From NCBI GenBank assembly GCA_963733035.1, contig CAVTBU010000006.1, positions 832,001-896,000 of the forward strand: a DNA stretch of 64,000 nt, read 5' to 3'. This document shows, one piece after another, positions 41,047-51,184 of this stretch. The stretch is from Pirellulales bacterium. GTDB lineage: Bacteria; Planctomycetota; Planctomycetia; Pirellulales; PALSA-1355. The notes under the pieces are model-generated. The model saw nothing but the letters and a program-made list of their open reading frames with translations. It was not told the origin of the DNA and searched no databases. Made by a program: the position numbers and the translations under genes. Position 1 is the stretch's first letter; each line of letters starts with the position of its first letter.

Positions 41047-41505
41047 ATGAAACGCGCGATCTTTGCCATGGCGGCCCTGACGCTGGTGGCCACCAGCAGC
41101 GGCTGCTGTTGTCTTGAACGTCTGTTCTGCTGGGGCTGCGGCCCCTGCGCCTACGGCCACGAAGGTCCCTGCCAGGCCGGCTGCGGCACCGGGTGCGGCG
41201 GCAGCGGCTGCAGCGACTGCGGCATGGCTGGCGGCACGGTCACCAGCCCCAACTATGCCGACGCCGAAGGCGGCTACGTCGAGCAAATGGGACCCGGTTC
41301 GTATGCCCAGGCGCCGCCGCGCATGCGTGGTCGGGCCAGCGGTCATCCGGCGGGCGGTCATCCGCTCGTGCACCAGCGCCGCAATGCGGGTGGACAATAC
41401 GAGTTTGCCGCGGGTCCGCCCACCGGTGGCGTGACCTATCCGTACTACACCAATCGCGGACCGCGTGACTTTTTGGCTCGTAATCCGCGCAGCATCGGAC
41501 CGTAA
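41047..41505 (+). CDS. Cys/Gly-rich putative lipoprotein
   Basis: Signal peptide ending SSGC, Cys-rich tract, C-terminal VTYPYYTNRGPRDFL. Confidence 0.8.
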   Translation: MKRAIFAMAALTLVATSSGCCCLERLFCWGCGPCAYGHEGPCQAGCGTGCGGSGCSDCGMAGGTVTSPNYADAEGGYVEQMGPGSYAQAPPRMRGRASGHPAGGHPLVHQRRNAGGQYEFAAGPPTGGVTYPYYTNRGPRDFLARNPRSIGP

Positions 41506-41871
41506 CCGTTCCATGCAACAAAGTGTCAACGTCGCGGTGCCAGCCAGCGCCGCGGCCTGCGAAGGGCGCTTGAGACGGATTCTCGCTTGAGCTTGAAAAA
41601 CAAAGCAGCCGGGCCAGGTTTCGTGCAAGCGTCTTAGGGTGAGGTTGGAGGGGAATATAGAACCAACCCGGGCAATTGAGACTGCGTCTCCGCTGGTCGC
41701 ACCAGCGATTGATCCACAGGGCCAGCCGCAGGTCATGCAACGAGCGCATGCAGCGGCTGGCCCTCTTTTTTTCGCCAATAGTTCGTACAATTTTGGCGTA
41801 CTCGATGCCAGCGCCCGATGCAACCAGACATTGCCACCAGCTAAAACAGATTCGATAGGGAGACCAGACCC

Positions 41872-42378
41872 ATGCTTAGTCAAGTCGTGCAAGACGGAAT
41901 CAACAAGCAGATCAACAACGAGCTCAGCGCCTCGTACATCTACCTGGCGATGAGCGCTTACTGCGAGCACGAGAACTTCACCGGCTGTGCCCGCTGGATG
42001 CGGCTGCAAAGCCAGGAAGAGCACGGCCACGCCATGCGACTGTTCGACTTTTTGCTGGCACGTGACGGCAAGGTGGTGCTCAAGACCATCACCGAGCCGA
42101 CGGTCAAGTTCAAGTCGCTCACCAACGTGTTCGAATCGGCCCTCGAGCAGGAACAAGGCACCACGGCCGAGATCGATCAACTGTACGAGCTGGCGATGAA
42201 GGAAAAGGCCTTTGCCGTGTTGGTCGAGCTGCAATGGTTCATTACCGAGCAGGTGGAAGAGGAAAAGACGGCTCGCGAAATCGTGGCCAAGTTCCACCTG
42301 ACAAAAGACGATCCCGCGGCCCTGCTCGATCTCGACCGTGAGCTCGGCGCCCGGACGCCCGACGCCGGCGCCGAGTAG
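41872..42378 (+). CDS. ftnA: ferritin
   Basis: QINNELSASYIYLAMS, QSQEEHGHA, LQWFITEQVEEE. Confidence 0.93.
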   Translation: MLSQVVQDGINKQINNELSASYIYLAMSAYCEHENFTGCARWMRLQSQEEHGHAMRLFDFLLARDGKVVLKTITEPTVKFKSLTNVFESALEQEQGTTAEIDQLYELAMKEKAFAVLVELQWFITEQVEEEKTAREIVAKFHLTKDDPAALLDLDRELGARTPDAGAE

Positions 42379-42592
42379 CGCGGACCGTTCGGCTTCCGAC
42401 CGGCAACTTTCTGAGCAGCACGAGCGCAATCGTGCTGCTCTTCTTTTTTGCCGGGGCGTGTTCTCCGCAGCGACCAGCATGTCCGCATCTCCCACGTCAA
42501 AATGGCTGTCGTCGTGCCGGGGCACGAACGAGCAAGCGTTGCGATCGCTTGACCTGTGCATACCCGGCGAGCGGCATTTGGCGGGAATGGCT

Positions 42593-42913
42593 GGCGCGAT
42601 TTCAAGCCGGTAAAAGTGCGAGTTCTTTTTTCGGTGTCGCGGTGGCAGCGCGAGCGGCGATTGACGGGCTGCAAACTTCGCAACTGGCCCGGTTCGGAAT
42701 TCGCAAGATTTTCGAGTGGCATTTTTTCGGGATGAAAGTTGCGCGCACTTTTCTTTTCGCCTTTTGTAACCTGATAAATGACACCTGTCGTAGCCCGCAG
42801 CTTTCGTATTTTGCCCGGTATGAAACATGACGCCTCCCCGCGCCGCCCCTGTGCAGAATTGGCCGACCGTAGGCTAGCCCAGGTGCTGGCTCGATTGAAA
42901 GAGGCAAAGTCGC
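42593..42913. repeat. 321-bp dispersed intergenic repeat, copy B (inverted relative to copy A)
   Basis: Reverse complement of 14922-15242. Confidence 0.93.
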
Positions 42914-43087
42914 GAACGGGTGATCTGAAGATGGATGGCAGGAAGAATGCGACGCGATGCCAGGCCGAGGTGCCGCAACCTGCCCTTTATTTCGTCTGTT
43001 TAGTAAGTCCAATTCACCCAGTTGCGAGTCCGTGAACCGAGGGGAGTTCTGGAGAACTATCCGCGGGCAATGTTTCAGCGGAGATGC

Positions 43088-46000
43088 TCAGTGCGATGAT
43101 TGGCCAACCGTCCAGAAATGCATTGTGCCAAACGTACCATGTAGGGCGGCGCGGCTCCCTGTCGCAAGCAATTCATTGCCGGCAAAAGTGACCGCCGTCA
43201 GCGAGCCGAGGTCCTGCGCCAGCGTAAACAATTCTTCTCGCGTGGCTAAATTCCAGAGCCGGACACACCCATCGCTGCTCACCGTGGCAAGGCAACGCTG
43301 GTCGGACGAAAATGCGACGCCGGTGACCTCCAACTTGTGGCCGGCTAGCGAGGCAATCTTCCTACCCTTTTTCCATTCCCAGATTTGCGCGATCCGGTTG
43401 TTTCCTCCCACAGCCAAAAGCATGCCGTCAGGCGAGAAGGCGAGACAACGCATTTCATCCGTACAAACGTCGCCGAACGTTTTCAGGTGATTGCCCTGCG
43501 CGTCCCAGATCTTGAATCGCGCTGCGTCGCCGATGGTCGCTAAGATAGGCTCACGCGGAGCATACGCCAGGGCCATGAGGCGATCTTCGTAGGCCTGGAC
43601 ATGCATGAGTGGCTCGAACTCGTGTACGTTATACGTCACCAATTCACCCCGCGTACCGCCAGCGACAAGTTTTTTTCCGTCGGGCGAAAAAGCCAAGGCA
43701 GCGACGGCTGGAGACTCGCTGCGCCATACGGCAATTCGTTGTCTGCTGCGCGCATCCCAGACCTTGACATTTGCGTCATCGAATTGGCTCGCGGCTACGA
43801 AATTACCATCAGGCGAAATGGCCAGACTTTGCACGCGCCTGGTGTCATGGAGTTCATCCAGCCTTTCGGCATCTCCAGACGAAGGAGTCGGCACGGACCG
43901 CTGGGCCGACTGAGCGTTTGACTCATCCTTGAGGCAGATGGTCCAAATGGGCTTCCTGGAACGGACATCCAAAATGGCGATTTCGCCCAGCGCATTGCCG
44001 CGGGCCAGCGTTTGCCTGTCGCGAGTCAAGTCCAGTGCGGTTACTGCGCTACGATCATCGATGGTTTCCGGGCGAGTTGGCAACGGCAGTTTCCAGAGCT
44101 TGACGGTGCGATCTGCGCTCGCGGTAGCCAGGTATTCTCCATCGCGAGAAAACGCCAATGACCATACGCGCGTTCCATGGCCCCGCAGTTGTCGCAGGAA
44201 GGTGTCATCGCTCGAGCGGTATAGCTTGACAGTGCCGTCTTTGGCTGCGACGGCGTAATACTCCCCCGCGGGATGGAATTCTACGGCCTGTACCCAATCG
44301 TAGGTTCGTACGGCCTGACGGCGAACCTTGGTCGAAATCTCGTCGATCGGGCCCCCTCTGGAACCCCACAGATTTACGAACCGCTGCGAACATTGCCCGG
44401 TCAGTAGCAGATCACCATTGTGAGAAAGAGAAAGGCAGTTTACCCCTCCATCGTGCCGGAGTTGGCTGCGCTCTGTTCCGGTGGTAACGTCCCAGAGACG
44501 CACAGTCTTGTCGTCGCTGGCGGTGGCCAGAATCTTCCCGTCAGACGAAAACTGCAAGGCATGCACGGTGCCGGAGTGGCCGACGAATCTGGTCACGAGT
44601 TCACCAGTTTCGGCTTTGAAGAGAGCGACCTTCCCATTCAGTCCGCAACACGCGAGCGTATCACCAACCGGAGAAAACGCGACACCGACGGCGCGAGCGT
44701 CGTGCAGTTTCGCACGACTCACAAGGCGGCCATCGGCGGTGCTCCAGACGCGTATCGTGCCGTCGTCGCCGGCTGTGCCAAGCAGGTCTCCCGTCCGAGA
44801 GAATGCCACGCAGTTGACGTCCCCCACGTGCCCGTTAAACACGAACCGGCACTTTCCGTTTGCAACGTCCCAGATTCGCGCAGTTTGATCCTGGCTTGAC
44901 GTGGCCAGCAGGCGTCCATCGGGTGAGAAACGGACGCAGAATACCTCTCCGGTATGGCCGCGGATCGCGCGCTCGTGTTCATTCAGTTCGTTCCAAAGAT
45001 ATTGCCAGCCAAACGAGCGCTGTCCGGCTTCGCCCGTCAGGGATATCGCACGGCTCAAATGAACTCTTGCCTGGTCGATTTGGTCGGTGCTGATCGCTTG
45101 GTCGGCCAGTCTGACGTTGGCGGCGTACAGGTATTGCTCGGTGGTGAACATTTGTAGTTCGACCAGGTCGAGGGCCGCGCGCAACTGACTTGAGTACCAC
45201 CAACCGCCGCCCATGAGCAGGACGCTCGTGGCGAGGATAACGCTCAGCAGTGCCGCGACCGCCGGGCGCCGCCGGCACCATTTTGCGAGCTTTTCTGCGC
45301 CGATTGTCGGTCGAGCCCAGGTGGATTCACCGTTGAGAAACCGCTGCAAATCGTCGGCCAGATGTTCCGCCGTAGGGTATCGATTCGCCGGTTTTTGTTC
45401 AAGGCATTTGAAGGCTATCGCTTCGATATCGCGGGAGACCCTTGGGCGAAAACGCCGCAATGGCGGAACTTCTCCGCGCGCCACCAGCTGTAGTGTCCGC
45501 ACATCCGTTTGACCGCGGAACGGCGGCCGCCCAGCAATCAATTCAAACAGCAATACGCCCAGCGCGTATACGTCGGTCGTGGGGCCAATCTCCTCCAACT
45601 GACCGTTGGCTTGTTCCGGTGCCATGTATGCCGGCGTGCCAACCAGCGTTCCATTGTGCGTCTGGTCCTCACCCAACTCGGCCACCTTGGCCAGTCCGAA
45701 ATCGGTCAAGAGCGGTGTGAGATTGGGTTCCGCACCGCTCCCCTCATCTGGCAACGTCACGCTTCCGTCGATTTGCAGCAGGACATTGCTGGGCTTGATG
45801 TCTCGATGCAGTACGCCGCGCCGATGCGCGTGTTCGACGCCCCGCGCGAGCGACGCCACGATGGTCGCAGCCTGGCGTTCGGGAACTGGTTCCGTGCGCG
45901 CCTCGAGCCATTGTGCCAGGTTCGGCCCGCTGCACAGCGCCGAAGCGATATAGCAAATCGGCCCATCCTCGCCGACCTCGTGGATTGGAATCAGATTCGG

Positions 46001-46393
46001 ATGCGTCAGAAGTCCGGCAGCTTTGGCTTCGCGTAAAAACCGAGAACGCGCCGATCGACTGGAAATGACCTCAGGCCGAGGTATCTTTACGGCTACCTGG
46101 CGGCCGACTTGCGAATCGATCGCGGCGAAAACCACTCCAAAACCGCCGCGACCGACCTCGCGGATAATCTCGAAACGCCCGATCCGCCGGGGAGGCCGAC
46201 CGACGGCATCCTTGTTTCGCCGAAACTGCTCCAAGAGCCGTAGGCACTCTTCAAGTTGTTTGAGTTCCGCCGCTGACGAATCATCAAGCGTCGAATCGAA
46301 CTTGATTTCCGCGGCATCGCTGGCGATCACGTCGTGAAGGGCTTCGAGCCAATGCGAATCGTCGGGGTTGGCACCGTGCTCAGGATTGATCAT
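43088..46393 (-). CDS. Ser/Thr protein kinase with WD40 repeats
   Basis: GRGGFG, VAVK, HRDIKPSN, DFG, GTPAYMAPE; TM; many GH...WD repeats. Confidence 0.96.
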   Translation of the reverse strand: MINPEHGANPDDSHWLEALHDVIASDAAEIKFDSTLDDSSAAELKQLEECLRLLEQFRRNKDAVGRPPRRIGRFEIIREVGRGGFGVVFAAIDSQVGRQVAVKIPRPEVISSRSARSRFLREAKAAGLLTHPNLIPIHEVGEDGPICYIASALCSGPNLAQWLEARTEPVPERQAATIVASLARGVEHAHRRGVLHRDIKPSNVLLQIDGSVTLPDEGSGAEPNLTPLLTDFGLAKVAELGEDQTHNGTLVGTPAYMAPEQANGQLEEIGPTTDVYALGVLLFELIAGRPPFRGQTDVRTLQLVARGEVPPLRRFRPRVSRDIEAIAFKCLEQKPANRYPTAEHLADDLQRFLNGESTWARPTIGAEKLAKWCRRRPAVAALLSVILATSVLLMGGGWWYSSQLRAALDLVELQMFTTEQYLYAANVRLADQAISTDQIDQARVHLSRAISLTGEAGQRSFGWQYLWNELNEHERAIRGHTGEVFCVRFSPDGRLLATSSQDQTARIWDVANGKCRFVFNGHVGDVNCVAFSRTGDLLGTAGDDGTIRVWSTADGRLVSRAKLHDARAVGVAFSPVGDTLACCGLNGKVALFKAETGELVTRFVGHSGTVHALQFSSDGKILATASDDKTVRLWDVTTGTERSQLRHDGGVNCLSLSHNGDLLLTGQCSQRFVNLWGSRGGPIDEISTKVRRQAVRTYDWVQAVEFHPAGEYYAVAAKDGTVKLYRSSDDTFLRQLRGHGTRVWSLAFSRDGEYLATASADRTVKLWKLPLPTRPETIDDRSAVTALDLTRDRQTLARGNALGEIAILDVRSRKPIWTICLKDESNAQSAQRSVPTPSSGDAERLDELHDTRRVQSLAISPDGNFVAASQFDDANVKVWDARSRQRIAVWRSESPAVAALAFSPDGKKLVAGGTRGELVTYNVHEFEPLMHVQAYEDRLMALAYAPREPILATIGDAARFKIWDAQGNHLKTFGDVCTDEMRCLAFSPDGMLLAVGGNNRIAQIWEWKKGRKIASLAGHKLEVTGVAFSSDQRCLATVSSDGCVRLWNLATREELFTLAQDLGSLTAVTFAGNELLATGSRAALHGTFGTMHFWTVGQSSH

Positions 46394-47038
46394 GTCTCGA
46401 CCCCAGGTCAGCCGTTAGACGCTGAAGTGCCCGCTTCCACAACTTTCGTGCCGCGTCCTGGCTCACGTCGATCAGTTCACCGATCTCGATAAACGACAGA
46501 TATTCGATATTGCGCAGGCGAATAATCTCCGCGTAGTGACTCGGCAATTCGTCGATTGCCGCGAGAAGTCGTTCGAGGTTCTCGTTCTCCATGGCGCAAC
46601 CGCTGGGCGAGGTTTCCTCGCTTACCAGGTACTGACCAGAATTGTCTTGCGACCCCGTCGGCGCAATCGGGACCTCGCATGCGACGTTTCGCTTGATGGT
46701 GTCGCGAAACGCGCGAGTTGAATCGCGAATGTTGTTCAGGAGCACCCTTCGGAGCCAGGCGCGCAGTTCCTGTTCGTCGTGACCCCGAAACATATCAAAC
46801 TTCTCCCAAGCTTCCGCTAGGCTCTGTTGAACCAAGTCGCTCGGCGCGACTTTGGGACGGATGTCGTCGGGAACTTTTTGATTGGCAATCATTTGGAGAT
46901 AGTTGCGACATCTCTCAAGCAAAGTGCTGCGCGCCCGCGCGAGTCGGCGCGGGCTTGCAAGATCTGCTGCCCGAAATGCAGTTTCCCCGCCGCGGAATCT
47001 TCTCGCCGCTGCAGGTCCGAATCCGTCGAACGGTACAT
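46380..47038 (-). CDS. ECF sigma factor, apparent frameshift near 46935
   Basis: SDLVQQS, WLRRVLLNN, region 4 IDELP...RKLWKRAL; upstream frame QILQARADSRG joins ARSTLLERCRNY. Confidence 0.85.
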
Positions 47039-47506
47039 TTTTGATCTCGCGATCGCACTGAGGCGAAAAGGTTTACGGCGGGGGAAGCAAGAAAGTCGGT
47101 TGACTTTGGACACTCGCTCGGAGATCCGATTGTCGGTCTGGAGGATTGAGTCCAGAGCGGGATTTTCATTTGGGTATTGATTTGCCGGCTCGGCACTGCC
47201 GACAAGCTACAGACCTACCGATTCTGACGCACCTTAGGGCCAAACGCAAATCTTTCTCCTGAAACGCATGGCCCCAGCGGACTTGGGACACAAGTGTCGC
47301 CCCGCTTGAACCCCCCCGCCCGGTACACATCGTCGTGCCGCAACGGCCCTGACTTCAAGCAGCGAAAACGGCGGACGGTTTTTTCTGTGTTGCGCGTGTC
47401 GCGCCAGCGGCGAGCGCTTTCTCGACGACCTCGCATTACTTTGCAACGTCGGAGAGGCAAGTTACCGGTACGACCCACAGACGGCATCCCATTGCCCACC
47501 AGTCTC

Positions 47507-47969
47507 ATGAATACGATTGAACTTGCGGATCAGCGGTTTATTGTCGAACGGTTTGCACTGCCCCGCGAGGAGCAAGTTACTGCGCTCGAACGCCGCTTGG
47601 CAACGAGTTTTCCGGACGACTACCGTAAATTCGTACTGAACTTCAACGGCGGGATCTTTAGCGAGCCGGCGATTCTGGCGGAGGAGGAGTTGGCTCGGGG
47701 GGATGGTCTCACGTGTCTGCATGGCATTGGTTCGGAATGCGACGAAACCGAGTTGGGCGATCCAGGTTGCCGGGCGCTGTTCGCGGACAATGATTCGCCC
47801 AGCTTCGTTCCCATCGGCCACAGGGCGCTCGGCGGCCTGCCTGACCTTGGCCACTCAGGACGAAGGACGGGGCTCAATCTATCTCAAGCAAGCTTGTGGC
47901 GGCTTGTTTCACGTTGCCGGCAGAATCGAGAAGTTTTTCGGATTGCTTCGCGCTCCGAGGAGTGCGTGA
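47507..47969 (+). pseudogene. SMI1/KNR4 family protein, frameshifted near 47840
   Basis: ALERRL...FPDDYRKFVLNFNGG, VPIG...GG; second frame ends GSIY...VAGRIEKFF. Confidence 0.75.
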
Positions 47970-48064
47970 GACGAAACGTGTAAGCGGCCGGGATGGTCAA
48001 AAGGCAAACGCGGTATCCGCGGCTGTTTTCCAAGCTTGTCAATCGCGCTATTCGTGGTCGCTTG

Positions 48065-49222
48065 TTATCGCCTGCTTTTGGCGTGCCGGCGCCAGACAGC
48101 GGCCAGCGACAAGACGGCGAGGCCGGCCAGCACCAGGCTCGATGGCTCAGGCACCACGAGCGGTGTCAAATCGTCGAAGATGTACGACGGCGAGACGAAG
48201 AGCGGGTAGACGTCGGTGTTGTCGGCGCCGTTCGACAGGACGCCGCCGATGTCGATGGCACCGATCACGCCCGCTCGCCCGGTGAACACCAGATGCCCTG
48301 CGCCGTCGGCGCGGATGCCGTCGACATCTCCCTTCAAGAGCGCTAACCCGCCCGGCAGGCCGGCGGCGACTTGAGCCGGGTCGATGAAGTAGCCCGGCAT
48401 CGCGCCGGGGGAAGTGACCGGCATCCCGGTCAGCGGATCCCAGGCGATCACTTCTCCGGTAACGATATTGGTGCCGAACAGCAGGCCGGAGCCGGGGTCG
48501 AAGTCAAGCTCATCCGAACCATCGGTGGCGCCGGAGAGCCCCGGAATATCGATCGATGGCGCCATGCCGTCCCACAGACCGCCCGGACCCAGGCCGATGC
48601 TGACCAGCGCCCGCATCCCTGCATGACCGGGATCGGCAGCGAACGTAAAGAGGCGCAGGCCGCCGAGTGTCGGCACAATCTCGACCCCTTCCAAATTCAC
48701 CAATCCGGCGGCGGCGGCGTCGAAGACGAGCTCTTCGGGTGCGCCAGTGAACGACCCGCGGACAATGCGATGATCGGTCGTGGTGCCGAAGCCGAATTGA
48801 TTCTCGATGTAATAGAAATGCGTGGGAGTGCTGAGCACCGACGAAGGATGCGATCCTGGCGCGGGAGGAGGCGCGCCCGGTGAGATGGCGTCGGTCAAGG
48901 CGATGTAATCCGGCAGCATCGTTCCGGCGACGACGTCGTAGTGCGTGATCTTTCCGGTGGGCACGCCGACGACCACCTCGTGATTGCTCGTGCCCGGCAC
49001 GTAGTCGATCCCGTCGAGAGCAAGGCCGCGGGTTTCGGTGTAGGCCGTGCTGACCGTACCGCTGCCGGGTAGCGCCGGGTCGGCGTCGACTTTGAAAATG
49101 ACGTCGCTTGCCCCAAGTTCACCAGTAACGTAGAACCGCAAAGGTGCCGCGGTCGCCGCGTGATAAGAGATCGAGAAAAGCGCGGCAGAGAGCCAGAACG
49201 GTGTGATGCGGGAGCAGTGCAT
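48065..49222 (-). CDS. PEP-CTERM protein, beta-propeller-like
   Basis: Signal peptide; C-terminal VPEPSS + TM + RR. Confidence 0.88.
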   Translation of the reverse strand: MHCSRITPFWLSAALFSISYHAATAAPLRFYVTGELGASDVIFKVDADPALPGSGTVSTAYTETRGLALDGIDYVPGTSNHEVVVGVPTGKITHYDVVAGTMLPDYIALTDAISPGAPPPAPGSHPSSVLSTPTHFYYIENQFGFGTTTDHRIVRGSFTGAPEELVFDAAAAGLVNLEGVEIVPTLGGLRLFTFAADPGHAGMRALVSIGLGPGGLWDGMAPSIDIPGLSGATDGSDELDFDPGSGLLFGTNIVTGEVIAWDPLTGMPVTSPGAMPGYFIDPAQVAAGLPGGLALLKGDVDGIRADGAGHLVFTGRAGVIGAIDIGGVLSNGADNTDVYPLFVSPSYIFDDLTPLVVPEPSSLVLAGLAVLSLAAVWRRHAKSRR

Positions 49223-49816
49223 TAGTCACCTCGGGGGTCGGAGAGAGGATTTTGCGTTGCGTTGGCCTCCAGGAAACCACAGTTTGCATCGTGGAATCGC
49301 CACGATACTGAGCGAGTTTGTTTTTGCTCGCTCGAAAAATCGAACTTGACGCAACACAGTCTAAGACGCCGGGATTAGCGAGGGCAAGCTTTTTTTGATT
49401 ATTATCAGTGAAGTTGCGGTGAATTTTCGCAATTGCAGGGTGCCGGGGCGAGTGGCACCGGCTAGGAAAAATGAGCGCAGGTCGATGTGGTAAGTAGGTT
49501 TGTAGGACCCGGTTGGCGGGCAAGGGGCCGAACCCACCTGGCGGGAAAATGGCTATCAGGGACGTGCCGCCCGACACACCGCTTACTTGGTTGAACGAAC
49601 GTTCTTTGCGAGGTGGAGAGGCCGATGCCGCGCATTTCACGCCGCGGCAACGTGAGTCGCAGCGCGCTGAACCTTGGGCCGTTTTCGAAATTGGAGATTT
49701 AGAACGGCTGTATGCGATAGTCGGGCAACTTGCCGGCGCGTAAGCAATAGCCGGACGATGTCCGATGAACAGGGCAGGGGCAATTTCCAATACTGCTTTG
49801 TGGAAAAAGCCCCGGC

Positions 49817-50797
49817 ATGCGATATGCAATCTACCTTCTCATTCTGACGTGCATCCTGGTCCGCACGCCCTCCGTCAGCCGCGCTGACAGCTTGAGCCAG
49901 TCGTTTGAGGACCAGGAGTCAACCGTTGCCGCAGCCTGCTCGTGCGACTGCCCGTGCTACGACTGCTGCGACTCGTTCAACGGCCGGCGGCGATTCCTGG
50001 GATTCTTGCCCAGCGATCATTGTTTCGACAGTTTCGTCAGCCCACTGTCGAATCCGTTCTTCTTCGAAGACCCGCGTTCGCTGACGGAAGTGCGGGGTAT
50101 TTTCATCGACAATAGCCTGCCTGCGAGCCTGGCGGGGGGTGACTTTCAGCTTTATGCTGCGCAACTGCGCGGACGCGTAACAGACCGAGTGAGTGTCATC
50201 GCCCCGCGACTTGGGTTTTTCAATGTGAATCAGGCCGGCGGCGGAACTCCAAACGGCTTTCTCTCGACGCCCGTCGGCTTCAAATTCAACTTCCTGCGAG
50301 ACGTCGAACGGCAACTGCTGGTCAGCGGCGGATTGACGTATTTCATCAAAGGTTCCGGACGCGCACTGTCAAATTTCGGCGATGGAGATTTTCACCTGTT
50401 TCTAACGGCTGGCAAACAGATTTTCGACCGCGGCCACTGGCTGAGTGCGACGGGCTTCCGCCTGCCCGGCAATACCAACTGGGGAACCCAGATGTGGTAT
50501 TGGTCGAACCAGTGGGACTACGAAGTGGCAAGCGGCATCTATGGTTTGCTGGGCATCAACTGGTACCACTGGATGCGCAGCTCGGGGCTCGACCTTGGGG
50601 TTCCCGTCACCGGCTTGGACATTCTCAATCTGCCCAGCGGACATGTCGCGGGTAACAACGTCGTGACCGGCGTGGCCGGCGTGAAGTGGAAGCCAAGTCC
50701 GCACTGCGAAGTCGGCACGGGTTATGAATTCCCCCTCACCAGCCGCACCGATATTCTCGCCAATCGACTGTACGTCGATTTCATCTTGCGGTATTAG
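49817..50797 (+). CDS. putative outer-membrane beta-barrel protein
   Basis: Signal peptide, short Cys cluster, SNPFFFEDPR, amphipathic strands, terminal Tyr. Confidence 0.75.
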   Translation: MRYAIYLLILTCILVRTPSVSRADSLSQSFEDQESTVAAACSCDCPCYDCCDSFNGRRRFLGFLPSDHCFDSFVSPLSNPFFFEDPRSLTEVRGIFIDNSLPASLAGGDFQLYAAQLRGRVTDRVSVIAPRLGFFNVNQAGGGTPNGFLSTPVGFKFNFLRDVERQLLVSGGLTYFIKGSGRALSNFGDGDFHLFLTAGKQIFDRGHWLSATGFRLPGNTNWGTQMWYWSNQWDYEVASGIYGLLGINWYHWMRSSGLDLGVPVTGLDILNLPSGHVAGNNVVTGVAGVKWKPSPHCEVGTGYEFPLTSRTDILANRLYVDFILRY

Positions 50798-50852
50798 CCG
50801 GGTCTGCCCGGTCGCCGCGATATCGCGCCGGCTTTAGTTCGTACCCTTGGAA

Positions 50853-51023
50853 TCAACTGCTTCGCGCCGCGCGGTCTTCGAGCAGCTTGGACTGCAGGGC
50901 GGCGCGTTCGGCGTGGAGCTCGTCGACTCGTGCGATGGAGAGCCGCGGGTTTTGGATGGCTTTGTTGAGCTCCTTGACCCGTTTGATGACGTTCGCCCGC
51001 TCGCGTGGATTCAGTTTTTCCAT
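50853..51023 (-). CDS. small helical hypothetical protein (56 aa)
   Basis: Hand-translated MEKLNPRERANVIKRVKELNKAIQNPRLSIARVDELHAERAALQSKLLEDRAARSS; GGAGG RBS. Confidence 0.7.
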   Translation of the reverse strand: MEKLNPRERANVIKRVKELNKAIQNPRLSIARVDELHAERAALQSKLLEDRAARSS

Positions 51024-51184
51024 GGGACGTCCTCCCGATAGGACTCAACAGGAGATTCGGGGGCGTTGACACGACGCTCCCTATCAAATCCTAGCTCCAA
51101 ACCGCGGCGCACGCCGGCGGGAAGCTTTCAGCGAGGTTCAATTCAGCGGGGAGCAGCCCGGAAATTGTCGCCTTTGACGTGACT

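Noticed and set aside
40651..42828. 725-aa minus-strand ORF sharing an N-terminus with 15007-15942
   Set aside because: Antisense to ferritin and the Cys-rich gene; the shared peptide simply reflects the DNA repeat
49770..49795. Third copy of the 321-bp repeat (LEIAPA peptide match)
   Set aside because: DNA similarity is short and weak; likely chance
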